A stretch of 60,265 nt of DNA, filler included. It is 4 parts of 4 records of this genome, joined end to end, with 100 filler letters (N's around TTAATTAATTAA, not from the genome) between each part and the next. Parts side by side here need not be neighbours in the genome. Positions count along the whole stretch, not along the records: positions 20,175 to 29,629 come from DRR378314_2573; positions 29,730 to 36,070 come from DRR378314_2580; 2 more parts are not named here. One strand, given 5' to 3'. The translations under genes and the position numbers were made by a program. Below the pieces are notes generated by a model that was not told the origin of the DNA, searched no databases, and worked only from the letters and a program-made list of their open reading frames with translations. Positions 20,231-29,932 of the stretch are shown here, one piece after another (position 1 is the first letter of the stretch; each line of letters begins with the position of its first letter).

Positions 20231-22933
20231 TTAGTTTACGCTATCCTTTTTCTTTTTTCCGAGCAGTCCGCCCAAAATGGATTTTGCGGCTTTTTCAACA
20301 TCATCATTCTTTTTGGCCTTTGTACTATCCGTAGCAATCGTGTCTTTGCCACCACCCAAAAGATTACCAATAGCTTCTTTTACATCATCGGACTTGGTCG
20401 AGGTGGTATCGGATTTATCTTTTTTAAAGGCATCGGACAACATATTTTTGACTTCATCTTTCCCTTGGTTCACCAGTTTTTGTTTTTGCATTTCCACCAA
20501 CTTAGTGGTCAATGTTTTTACACTGGATGTTAAATCCGTACTCACGGATGGGCTGGTAAAATTACCTCCAATATTTGCGGTTACGGGAACTGTTACCTCT
20601 CCCACACTTTCATCGTTCAATTGGGCAATTAATTGATTTACCTCCGTTCCCAAATATTTCGCAGGAACATTCAAGGTTGCCGAATAGTCCATTTGTTTAT
20701 CAAAGGAGTGGCTTCCGTTCACATCAATGGCGATATCCTTATAATTTAAGGTAAATGGCTTCACTTTAACGGAGCCGTTATCAAAAGTCAATGCTGTCTT
20801 AAGTCCATCCAAATTGATTTCCTTGGTGTTTAAAAAACTAAGCTTACTGTCCAAAGCTGAAACTAAAGGTGCTTTTTGGGCATCAACGGTTGGATTCAGG
20901 AGCTCTGCCAACAAGCTACCGGAAATAGTGGACAGGTTCGGCGTCAAATCATCCTTAAGGTTGCCCGAAATTTTTATATCCGAATTGAGCTTTCCTTGTA
21001 TGGCAGTTGCCAAAGGCGTCAACACCTTAAACAGCTCCAATCCGGCAAAAGATTCTGCAATGTTGAAATTGTTCATTCCCAGATTCATATCAAAAGTGGA
21101 ATTCTTCTGTTTAGTGGACACAGAACCAGACAGTCCCAATGTACCGCCAAACAGGTTGGAGGTAAGATTTTTTACCGTGGCCGTTTCGTCTTTAATGATC
21201 AAAGTTCCTTTTACATTTTTCAGATTAAGGTTATCATAAACCACCGTATTGGCCGAAGCTTCAATGGTACAATCCAAAAATGAGGGTATTTTGATGCGCT
21301 CCTCCCCTGTTGTTGAGCCAGATTCTCCTCCTGACTCTTCTGTTTCCGCCTCCTCGGTCTCCTCAACCATAAAATCGTTCAAAGCGAATTGATTGGAATT
21401 CAAAGTAAAGTTCCCTTCAATATTTTCATCATTGAACATAAAGCCCAACAAATTGGTCAGGGTTCCTTTGGCGTTAAAATCCGTATTTCCCGTTTTACCA
21501 TTAAATGAATCCAGAGTTACCGTATTGGGATTAAAGGAAACTGCTGCCTTGGTTATGGCCACAGGGTTTTTAAGTTCCTCCGAAGCATATTCAAAACCAG
21601 ATACGGATGCTTTTCCCGTTGTTTTGGTGTTCTGGTATCGCTTGTTTTCCAAAGATGCCATATCAAAAGCGGTGGTAATATCCGCGTTTAAAATTCCCTT
21701 AAGGTTATAATCAGCAGGCATAGGATAGGCTTGGGAAATATTAGCCAAATTGATGCGTCCGTCCATATGGGCGTTTACCTTGGTGTTGCCCATCAATTCC
21801 CTGATTTTGGCGTTCAAGTTGAACTTGTCCTCATCAATTAGAAAGGACAACCTGTTGATGTTCACATAGGTATCCTCCGTAATTCCTGTTTCGTTGTTGA
21901 TTTCCGTATCGATATACACATTGCGCACCGATTTGGGCAAATCGGGATACTTGAAAGAGGCATTTTCGGAATTGATCGCTATTTTGAAGGTTGGGATATG
22001 CTCATCATCAACCACACCTTTAAACTCACCATTTACCTCAAAGTTTCCCGTAGTCTGTACATTTTCAATGTTGGCCGCATAGGCTTCGGGAATTACCGCC
22101 AAAAAGTTTTTAAAGTCCGAAGATGGTGTCTCAAAAGTTATATCCACTTCTTGATTGTCTTCGTTGACCTTCACAAAACCATCAAACACCAAGGGCAATT
22201 GGTTGATCATGGCTTTGTTCTCTAAAAAGGTGTATTTGTTTTCTTTTAAATCAATTCCTATGAGTGCATCTAGGTTGATTTTGTTCTTGTTAAGGTATTT
22301 AGTGCTATCCATCTCAAAAGACACGAAGGCATCCGTCAGGGTTTTTAATTCTGATTTTTCCAAAGAAAGGTCTCCGGTTCCCGAATGGTTCATCTCAGAT
22401 ATGTCCAAGACCATTCCACTCGCCATATCCTCATAAATGATTTCGGAATTGGTGATGGCATAAGAATCCATGTTCAGGGTAAAGTTACTACTGGATTCTT
22501 CCGATGCTGCGGAAGTTGTTGTTTCGTTTTCTTTGGCAATATCGTAGTTGGTGTTGCCTTCCGTATCTGCTTTTATGTGCAATAGTGCACCATCAATATT
22601 CAAGGTTTTGATAACAATGGGTTCATCTGCCGACTTGAACAGTTCCTTTATGGACATAGAGAGTTCAATTTCGGAGGATGCGAACAAGGTATCGCCTTCA
22701 AACGGAGCTTTATTGACCAAGGATAAATTGGTAAGTCCAACGTTGGCATAGGGAAAGCTTTTGAGCAAGCTTAGGTCTACATCCTCAAAATCCAAAGTGG
22801 CATTGATGCTATTATTGACTTTTGTTTTGATGATTTCTTCAATTTTACCTTGAAGAAACAGTGGTAAGGCAATTATGATTGCTAGTAGGACAAGTAGGGT
22901 TATTCCGGTAATTTTCAGGACTTTTTTCTTCAT
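20231..22933 (-). CDS. AsmA-family protein
   Basis: N-terminal TM anchor, long beta-strand-rich body with AsmA-like N and C regions, and a low-complexity Lys/Asp tail. Confidence 0.85.
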   Translation of the reverse strand: MKKKVLKITGITLLVLLAIIIALPLFLQGKIEEIIKTKVNNSINATLDFEDVDLSLLKSFPYANVGLTNLSLVNKAPFEGDTLFASSEIELSMSIKELFKSADEPIVIKTLNIDGALLHIKADTEGNTNYDIAKENETTTSAASEESSSNFTLNMDSYAITNSEIIYEDMASGMVLDISEMNHSGTGDLSLEKSELKTLTDAFVSFEMDSTKYLNKNKINLDALIGIDLKENKYTFLENKAMINQLPLVFDGFVKVNEDNQEVDITFETPSSDFKNFLAVIPEAYAANIENVQTTGNFEVNGEFKGVVDDEHIPTFKIAINSENASFKYPDLPKSVRNVYIDTEINNETGITEDTYVNINRLSFLIDEDKFNLNAKIRELMGNTKVNAHMDGRINLANISQAYPMPADYNLKGILNADITTAFDMASLENKRYQNTKTTGKASVSGFEYASEELKNPVAITKAAVSFNPNTVTLDSFNGKTGNTDFNAKGTLTNLLGFMFNDENIEGNFTLNSNQFALNDFMVEETEEAETEESGGESGSTTGEERIKIPSFLDCTIEASANTVVYDNLNLKNVKGTLIIKDETATVKNLTSNLFGGTLGLSGSVSTKQKNSTFDMNLGMNNFNIAESFAGLELFKVLTPLATAIQGKLNSDIKISGNLKDDLTPNLSTISGSLLAELLNPTVDAQKAPLVSALDSKLSFLNTKEINLDGLKTALTFDNGSVKVKPFTLNYKDIAIDVNGSHSFDKQMDYSATLNVPAKYLGTEVNQLIAQLNDESVGEVTVPVTANIGGNFTSPSVSTDLTSSVKTLTTKLVEMQKQKLVNQGKDEVKNMLSDAFKKDKSDTTSTKSDDVKEAIGNLLGGGKDTIATDSTKAKKNDDVEKAAKSILGGLLGKKKKDSVN

Positions 22934-22968
22934 ATATGGTTGTTTTACAACAAATTAAAGGAGAAGCG

Positions 22969-23676
22969 TTAATCCAACGAAATTTCTTCCCCTATTTTTA
23001 AGTTAAATCTTTTTCGCATAATATATACGAAAAAATAGAGCAAAGGGGTGTCGAGGAGGGCAATCATTATCTTAAAAATCACGCCACTGATCAGCAGTCC
23101 GTAGAACTTGTCCCAGGGCAATACGCCAAAAATGCAGAGCAATCCTACAACGGTAAAGGTGTCTATAAACTGTGATGAAAAGGTTGAAAAGTTGTTCCTA
23201 AGCCAGAGCATTCGACCATTTGTCAGCCGTTTCCAAAAGTGATAAATGGTGATATCGATGTATTGAGCGCCCAAATAAGCCAGCATGGAAGCCAATACTC
23301 CAAGTGGCGACAAACCAAAAACGGTAGTGAACGTACCATCATCCACTGGCGAGGTGGAGATAGCGGTGGAATAATTGGCAAGCAAAATGATGCCCATAGA
23401 GAAAAACGAAGCAAAAATACCGGCGGTAACCACTTGGTTTGCTTTTTTTTGCCCGTAAATCTCAGATACCAAATCGGTAATCAAAAAAGTGATGGGGTAC
23501 GGTAAAATACCCACCGAAAGTTCAAAAAGCGGTGCTCCAAAAACGGTAACATCTCCAAAAGGGCTCCAAGAGAAAAACTTTTGGAAAATCAGGTTGGACA
23601 CCACCAAAGAGGTAATGAACAGTGCTCCGAGATACAGATATATGGAAAATGCTAACTTCTTGTCCTTTTGCGTCAT
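22969..23676 (-). CDS. yhhQ: Queuosine precursor transporter (YhhQ/VUT family)
   Basis: Motifs YPITFLITDLVSEIYG, WLRNNFST...SQFIDT and LLDTP; multi-TM. Confidence 0.88.
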   Translation of the reverse strand: MTQKDKKLAFSIYLYLGALFITSLVVSNLIFQKFFSWSPFGDVTVFGAPLFELSVGILPYPITFLITDLVSEIYGQKKANQVVTAGIFASFFSMGIILLANYSTAISTSPVDDGTFTTVFGLSPLGVLASMLAYLGAQYIDITIYHFWKRLTNGRMLWLRNNFSTFSSQFIDTFTVVGLLCIFGVLPWDKFYGLLISGVIFKIMIALLDTPLLYFFVYIMRKRFNLKIGEEISLD

Positions 23677-23716
23677 ATACGGTTTAAAAGTTCATTGAAG
23701 AACTATTATAATCGAC

Positions 23717-25477
23717 TTATTTTATTTTTAAACTGAAAGGCATCTTTGCCTGTACCCCCTCTTGTTTGGTGAATTGCTTGAACTCTTTTAAAATATCATA
23801 GGCCTCCGTGCCAATTTCTTCTTTTATAATGGTTTCTCCTATTTTGGCCTTCACCCCTCCAAGGTCTTCCATAAACTGATCAAAACCTGATTTGTATTTG
23901 GGATATTTACGAATACCGTAATCTTCCAATCCGGCCATATCGGCCGCGGCCACAATGGCATCATCTAAATTGCCGAGCTCATCCACCAGACCAAGTGCTT
24001 GTGCATCTACACCGCTCCAAACCCTGCCCTGGGCAATTTCGTTAACTCGTTCCACAGGCATATTTCGTCCTTTGGAGACTCGGTCTAAAAAGGTATCGTA
24101 GGTTTCCTCAATACTTTCTTGCATCACATTGCGGAAAGAGTCCGTCATGGGTTCAAAAAATGAATAATCCACAGAATTTTTATTGGTGCCTACCTGTTCG
24201 GCATTTACACCTATGTTCTCGGCCAATTGATGCACGTTGGGAATGGTTCCAAAAACACCTATGGACCCAGTAATTGTAGTAGGTTCGGCAAAAATCTTAT
24301 CGCCACCAACACCGATGTAATATCCTCCCGAAGCGGCGATGTTTCCAAAGGAAACCACCAAAGGTTTTTCCTCTTTCGCCAGTTGCATTTCTCTCCAAAT
24401 AATATCGGAGACCAAGGCACTGCCCCCAGGGGAATCCACTCGAAGCACAATGGCTTTTACACTTTCGTTGTCCACCGCTTTGTGCAAAGCATCCACAATA
24501 AGTCCTTGTCCTATATAATCTTTTCCGCCCTCGCCACCAAGAATCTCTCCTTGGGCATAAATGACGGCAACTTTATCGGCTCCTGTCCGTATTCTTTTTT
24601 TGCCGGCAATTTGAATATAATCCTCTAGCTTCACATAGTTTAAATCATCATCCTCGGCAACTCCTATCTTTTCCTTCAACAAACTTACATATTCATCATA
24701 ATGCAATGCGCCATCCAATAGACCTGAAGCTACGGCATATTCCGGTGTTCTTCCCCCTAAGGTGTCGGCAATAATGTTCAGATTTTGTGGCGTAATGTTT
24801 CTGGATTCTGCAATATCATCAACAATAACGCTCCAAATAGAAGTAATCAATTCCTTGATTTGCGTACGATTTTCATCGCTCATGGTATCTGAAAGAAATG
24901 GCTCCACTGCACTTTTATACTTCCCGTGGCGTATAACTTCCATTTTAATCCCCGATTTTTCTTGAAGTTCCTTGTAAAAAAGCACTTCGGTGGCCAATCC
25001 CTTAAAGTCGACCACACCAACCGGATTTAAGTAAACCTCATCCGCAGCGGTCGCCAAATAATAATCTCTTTGAGCATACACATCGGCGTGCGCCATCACA
25101 AATTTACCGCTCGATTTAAAATCAATCAGGGCTTTTCTAATTTCTCTGGTCTGAGCCACGCCGGCCTGTAAAAAACCCGTGGTCAAACTAATACCCTGAA
25201 TGTTATCGTCGTCCTTGGCCACTTCTATGGCATGTAAAATCTCATCCAAACCAAGTTCCTCGGTCCATAGGGCAGCAAAAGGGTCGGTGTCATCTTTTCC
25301 GGTGTAATCCAAAATTGGGGCAACAAATCTGAGTTCGAGTACGGAGTTCTTTTTTACCACGACACCATTGTCCACACTTCCGACAAGGGCCATAAATATG
25401 AAGAACATCCCGACAACAATCATAAATGCTACCAAGCTCCCCAGAATTGAGGCAAGTAGGTTTCTTAAAAACTTCAT
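23717..25477 (-). CDS. sppA: Signal peptide peptidase SppA (protease IV, long form)
   Basis: Motifs GKYKSAVEP, LRVDSPGGS, AASGGY, TGSIGV and AQGRVWSG. Start set at MKFL (25477), downstream of a TATCTTTG promoter element. Confidence 0.95.
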   Translation of the reverse strand: MKFLRNLLASILGSLVAFMIVVGMFFIFMALVGSVDNGVVVKKNSVLELRFVAPILDYTGKDDTDPFAALWTEELGLDEILHAIEVAKDDDNIQGISLTTGFLQAGVAQTREIRKALIDFKSSGKFVMAHADVYAQRDYYLATAADEVYLNPVGVVDFKGLATEVLFYKELQEKSGIKMEVIRHGKYKSAVEPFLSDTMSDENRTQIKELITSIWSVIVDDIAESRNITPQNLNIIADTLGGRTPEYAVASGLLDGALHYDEYVSLLKEKIGVAEDDDLNYVKLEDYIQIAGKKRIRTGADKVAVIYAQGEILGGEGGKDYIGQGLIVDALHKAVDNESVKAIVLRVDSPGGSALVSDIIWREMQLAKEEKPLVVSFGNIAASGGYYIGVGGDKIFAEPTTITGSIGVFGTIPNVHQLAENIGVNAEQVGTNKNSVDYSFFEPMTDSFRNVMQESIEETYDTFLDRVSKGRNMPVERVNEIAQGRVWSGVDAQALGLVDELGNLDDAIVAAADMAGLEDYGIRKYPKYKSGFDQFMEDLGGVKAKIGETIIKEEIGTEAYDILKEFKQFTKQEGVQAKMPFSLKIK

Positions 25478-25498
25478 TAGGTAAAATTTAATATAGTC

Positions 25499-25506
25499 CA
25501 AAGATA
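25499..25506 (-). promoter_or_regulatory. Bacteroidota -7 promoter element for sppA
   Basis: TATCTTTG on the minus strand matches the TAnnTTTG consensus. Confidence 0.6.
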
Positions 25507-25546
25507 ACCATTGTTGTAATGTTTTGTTTACTTTGTTTCTTCGATT

Positions 25547-26689
25547 ATGGGCAGAAAACAAAAGGTATATCTTTCATTGGGCAGTAATTTGGGAAATCGT
25601 CTTGCGAACCTCCAAAAAGCCATTTTCCATATTCAGCAAAAGGCGGGTAAAATCCTGGATATTTCTGCGGTATATGAAAATCCAGCGTTTGGGTTTGAAG
25701 GTGATGATTTTCTAAATATTGTTCTATCGCTATTAACGCCGCTGGAACCAAAAGAGTTACTGGACACCCTCTTACAAATTGAAGTGGATTTCGGTAGGAT
25801 TCGTTCCAATGCGGGCTACAGCTCTAGAACCTTGGACATCGACATCATTTATTATGGTACAGAAGTCATCAATGATGATGATTTGGTGATTCCCCACCCA
25901 CAAATGCAGCACAGAAACTTTGTTTTGAAGCCTTTGGGAGATATTGCACCACAATTTTACCACCCTGTGCTTTACAAGGACACACGCAATCTGTTGCAGG
26001 AATGTAGGGACAAGAGTAAACTTTCCAAGACCAAGCACCGTCTTTTTAAAGATAGGTCGGGACTGTTTTCGCAATTACAGCTCATTGCTATAGAGGGCAA
26101 TATTGGCGCTGGAAAAACCACCTTGTCCAAAATGATCGCCAACGACTTTAATGCCAAACTAGTATTGGAACGTTTTGCGGACAATCCCTTTCTCCCTAAG
26201 TTTTATGAGGACCAGGCACGCTATGCGTTTCCTTTGGAAATGTCCTTTTTGGCGGATAGGTACCAACAATTTATGGACGACACCTCGCAATTTGACCTTT
26301 TCAAAAATTTTATGGTTAGTGATTACGACATCTTTAAATCGTTGATTTTCGCTAAGGTTACTTTGCAAAAAGAGGAGTACAATCTATACCGAAAGGTCTT
26401 TAGTTTTATGTACAAGGAGGTTAGGAAACCTGAAATTTACCTCTTTCTCTATCAAAATACCGAACGGTTGTTGGCAAACATAAAAAAAAGAGGGCGTGAT
26501 TATGAACAGAACATCGATCCTGCCTACCTAGAAAAAATCAACAGGGGGTACCTTGATTTTATTAAGGGCAACCCCAATCAGAACAATATAATTATAGATA
26601 TGGGTGAACTGGATTTCGTGCACAACCCGGCCGATTACGAATTCATTTTGGAAAAGCTGGAAGACCATATACTTTCGTTAAACATTTAA
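25547..26689 (+). CDS. folK: FolK (HPPK) fused to a deoxynucleoside kinase domain
   Basis: The N-terminus has LSLGSNLG, RTLDIDI and IPHP...RNFVL. The C-terminus has IAIEGNIGAGKTT, FLADRYQQ and KKRGRDYE. Confidence 0.93.
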   Translation: MGRKQKVYLSLGSNLGNRLANLQKAIFHIQQKAGKILDISAVYENPAFGFEGDDFLNIVLSLLTPLEPKELLDTLLQIEVDFGRIRSNAGYSSRTLDIDIIYYGTEVINDDDLVIPHPQMQHRNFVLKPLGDIAPQFYHPVLYKDTRNLLQECRDKSKLSKTKHRLFKDRSGLFSQLQLIAIEGNIGAGKTTLSKMIANDFNAKLVLERFADNPFLPKFYEDQARYAFPLEMSFLADRYQQFMDDTSQFDLFKNFMVSDYDIFKSLIFAKVTLQKEEYNLYRKVFSFMYKEVRKPEIYLFLYQNTERLLANIKKRGRDYEQNIDPAYLEKINRGYLDFIKGNPNQNNIIIDMGELDFVHNPADYEFILEKLEDHILSLNI

Positions 26690-26781
26690 GAGAATTTTTG
26701 GAAAATGTTTGCATATAACGAATGGTTTTATTTTATTAGCAGCCTCAATTCGAGAAACTAACTAACTCAGACTTTACATAT

Positions 26782-26805
26782 GGCCCTGTTTTTCAGGGCC
26801 TTTTT
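26782..26805 (+). terminator. Intrinsic terminator downstream of folK
   Basis: ggccctg-ttttt-cagggcc followed by ttttt. Confidence 0.75.
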
Positions 26806-27343
26806 ATTTTAGGGCATTTTGTTTAGACCAAATGTCCCACACCACTACTCCAGTACTTACAGAAATATTCAATGAATGTTTGGTTCCAAATTGGGGAATC
26901 TCCAAGACGGTATCACTAGCATTCACAACCTCTTGGGAAACCCCTTTTACCTCGTTTCCAAAGATCAAAGCAGTGGTTTCTTCCGAATCCACTCTATATT
27001 CATTGAGCATTACGGCATTTTCGGCCTGTTCCACCGAAACTATTTTCACATCGCTTTGTTTTAGCTCATCCACCAATTCCAGAGTATCCTTGCGATATTC
27101 CCAATCCACACTTTCGGTAGCACCCAAAGCTGTTTTTCGAATGTCCTTGTGCGGTGGGGTTGCCGTAATGCCGCAGAGATAGATTTTCTGAATTAAAAAT
27201 GCATCGGCCGTTCGGAATACGGAACCAATATTGTTCAAGCTACGAACATTGTCCAAAATGATGATGATAGGAGATTTTTCCGCATCCTTAAAACCGGTTA
27301 CATCCAATCGGTCCAGCTCACTATTTTTCAGTTTTCGACTCAT
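26804..27343 (-). CDS. SpoU/TrmH-family RNA methyltransferase
   Basis: Motifs LDNVRSLNNIGSVFRTADA, FGNEVKG and IPQFGTKHSLNISV. Confidence 0.93.
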   Translation of the reverse strand: MSRKLKNSELDRLDVTGFKDAEKSPIIIILDNVRSLNNIGSVFRTADAFLIQKIYLCGITATPPHKDIRKTALGATESVDWEYRKDTLELVDELKQSDVKIVSVEQAENAVMLNEYRVDSEETTALIFGNEVKGVSQEVVNASDTVLEIPQFGTKHSLNISVSTGVVVWDIWSKQNALK

Positions 27344-27501
27344 TTTTTAAACATTGGGGTGAAAATATCAACAAAAATTTTTGATGGTTAATGAAAACAA
27401 TATATTCGTTTCAACAACAGATAAACGTTAAGGCGTTTGTTTGACAAAACTCTTAGCAATAGTTTTTGTCACCTTGGGCACAGTAGAAAGTTCAACAAAA
27501 A

Positions 27502-27526
27502 CATCTCGACTGCGCTCGATATGACA
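27502..27526. repeat. Flavobacteriaceae REP-like / Flavo-1-type motif (single copy)
   Basis: catctcgactgcgctcgatatgaca matches the recalled TCTCGACTnCGCTCGAnnTGACA repeat pattern. Confidence 0.55.
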
Positions 27527-27584
27527 TCGAGTCTTTTAATAAACCCCTACCCGAACAGGGCAAAAGTAACAGAATTAAATCGCT

Positions 27585-29629
27585 TTGGCAGCCAAGAAGA
27601 AGAAAGTAACTCCGTTGATGCAGCAGTACAATACCATTAAGGTGAAACACCCTGATGCCTTGTTGCTGTTCCGTGTGGGCGACTTTTACGAGACCTTTGG
27701 GGAAGATGCGGTAAAGGCCGCCAAAATATTGGGCATTATCCTTACCCACCGAAACAATGGGGGCGATAAAACCGAATTGGCAGGGTTTCCCCACCATTCC
27801 CTGAACACCTATTTACCTAAATTGGTGAAAGCTGGGCAACGCGTGGCCATTTGCGACCAATTGGAAGATCCCAAACAGACCAAAAGCATTGTAAAACGAG
27901 GGGTGACAGAATTGGTAACGCCAGGTGTCGCCCTAAACGATGATATCCTAAACGCCAAGAGCAACAATTTTTTGTGCGCGGTACATTTTGGACGCAACAA
28001 ATTGGGAGTTTCCTTTTTGGATATTTCCACAGGGGAATACCTGACTTCGGAAGGATCGGTTGAACAGGTGGATAAATTGCTTCAGAATTTTTCACCAAAT
28101 GAGGTCTTGATCTCCAAAAACCATAAAAAGGATTTTGTGGAATGTTTTGGCAATCAATTTCATAGTTTCTTTTTGGAGGATTGGATTTTTCAAGAAGATT
28201 ATGCACAGGAGAGCCTAAACCATCATTTTGGGACAACAACCCTAAAGGGTTTTGGCATCGACCATCTCAACCACGGGATTATTGCTTCGGGTGCGGCACT
28301 GCACTATCTGTCCGAAACGCAACATAGTCGATTACAGCACATCAACAAAATACAGCGTATTGCCGAGGAGGAATACGTGTGGATGGACCGTTTTACCATA
28401 CGGAATCTTGAACTCTATAATTCTTCGCACCAGAATGCGGTGACTTTATTGGACATTATAGACAAGACGATTTCCCCAATGGGCGGCCGACTGCTGAAAA
28501 GATGGTTGGCACTTCCCTTAAAAAATGTGGAAAAAATACAGCAACGGCATCAAGTGGTCGCTTATTTAAAAGATGAAGATGAACAACTGAACAAGATTCA
28601 GGGCCATATCAAACAAATGGGGGATTTGGAGCGATTGATCTCTAAATTGGCCACAGGTAAAATCAACCCCAAAGAAGTGGTTCAACTCAAAAATTCCCTT
28701 GAAGCGGTGGTTCCCATCAAACAATTGGCCCAAAACAGCACCAACGATTCCCTCAAAAATATTGGGGAACGTTTGAACGATTGTGAAGCACTACGCTCAA
28801 AAATCAAAGAAGTGCTCAACGAAGAGGCCCCAGTGAACATAGCCAAAGGCAATACCATTGCAAAAGGCTATTCCGAAGAACTGGATGAATTACGTGGCCT
28901 TGCTTTTTCCAGTAAGGACTATCTGGACAAAATGCTGGAGCGTGAAACCAAGGAAACGGGCATCACTTCGCTAAAAATTGCATCCAATAACGTTTTTGGC
29001 TACTATATTGAGGTAAGAAACACCCACAAGGACAAAGTCCCCCAAAGTTGGACACGCAAACAGACCCTAGTCAATGCGGAACGCTACATTACAGAGGAGC
29101 TAAAGGAATACGAATCCAAGATTCTAGGCGCTGAAGAACGTATTTACCAACTGGAACAACAACTGTTTGAGCAATTGTTGGTCTGGATGCAGGAATACAT
29201 TGCTCCCGTTCAGTTGAACGCTCAACTTATCGCACAATTGGACTGCCTTTGCGGTTTTGCCCAACTGGCCCAAGAGAACAACTATGTGGCGCCTGTGGTT
29301 AATGATTCCACCGATATTGACATTAAAGAAGGAAGGCACCCCGTTATTGAAAAGCAATTACCCATTGGTGATGCCTATGTAACGAACGATGTGCTGCTCA
29401 ATCGTGAAGAACAGCAAATCATCATGATCACGGGCCCGAACATGAGTGGTAAATCGGCTTTGTTACGGCAAACCGCACTTATTGTATTGCTAGCGCAGAT
29501 GGGAAGCTTTGTGCCCGCATCGGAAGCTAATTTGGGTGTCGTGGACAAAATATTCACGCGTGTCGGGGCCAGTGATAATATTTCGATGGGCGAATCGACC
29601 TTTATGGTTGAAATGAACGAAACGGCTTC
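27585..29629 (+). CDS. mutS: DNA mismatch repair protein MutS, 3'-truncated
   Basis: Motifs TPLMQQY, FRVGDFYE, ITGPNMSGKS and GESTFMVEM. TTG start. Confidence 0.97.
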
Positions 29630-29729
29630 NNNNNNNNNNNNNNNNNNNNNNNNNNNNNNNNNNNNNNNNNNNNTTAATTAATTAANNNNNNNNNNNNNNN
29701 NNNNNNNNNNNNNNNNNNNNNNNNNNNNN
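29630..29729. other. Artificial contig spacer
   Basis: N44-TTAATTAATTAA-N44. Confidence 0.99.
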
Positions 29730-29775
29730 GAAAGAAAGAGAAAGAAAGAGAAAGAAAGAAAAAAAGAGAACGAGA
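29730..29775. repeat. Purine-rich simple repeat (aaagaaagag units) at contig end
   Basis: Visible low-complexity A/G tract. On the minus strand it is a polypyrimidine stretch inside CNOT3 intron 4. Confidence 0.7.
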
Positions 29776-29932
29776 GTCACAAACTGCAACAAATGAAGGA
29801 AAACAGCAACGAACTACCATGAAATCGTTCCGATCTCACAACTATTGCAACCTATACTTTCATATTGAAAGTCTACAATTCTCTCGTATCTTTTTTAAAT
29901 CTTATTATGAATTCTTTCGTCGTTTTCTTTAC

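Noticed and set aside
25478..25561. Extended N-termini in track ORFs (sppA; similarly lpxB, dxr, cdsA, DUF368, DUF3810)
   Set aside because: The extensions overlap neighbouring genes or promoter elements. Downstream ATG starts fit the family N-termini.
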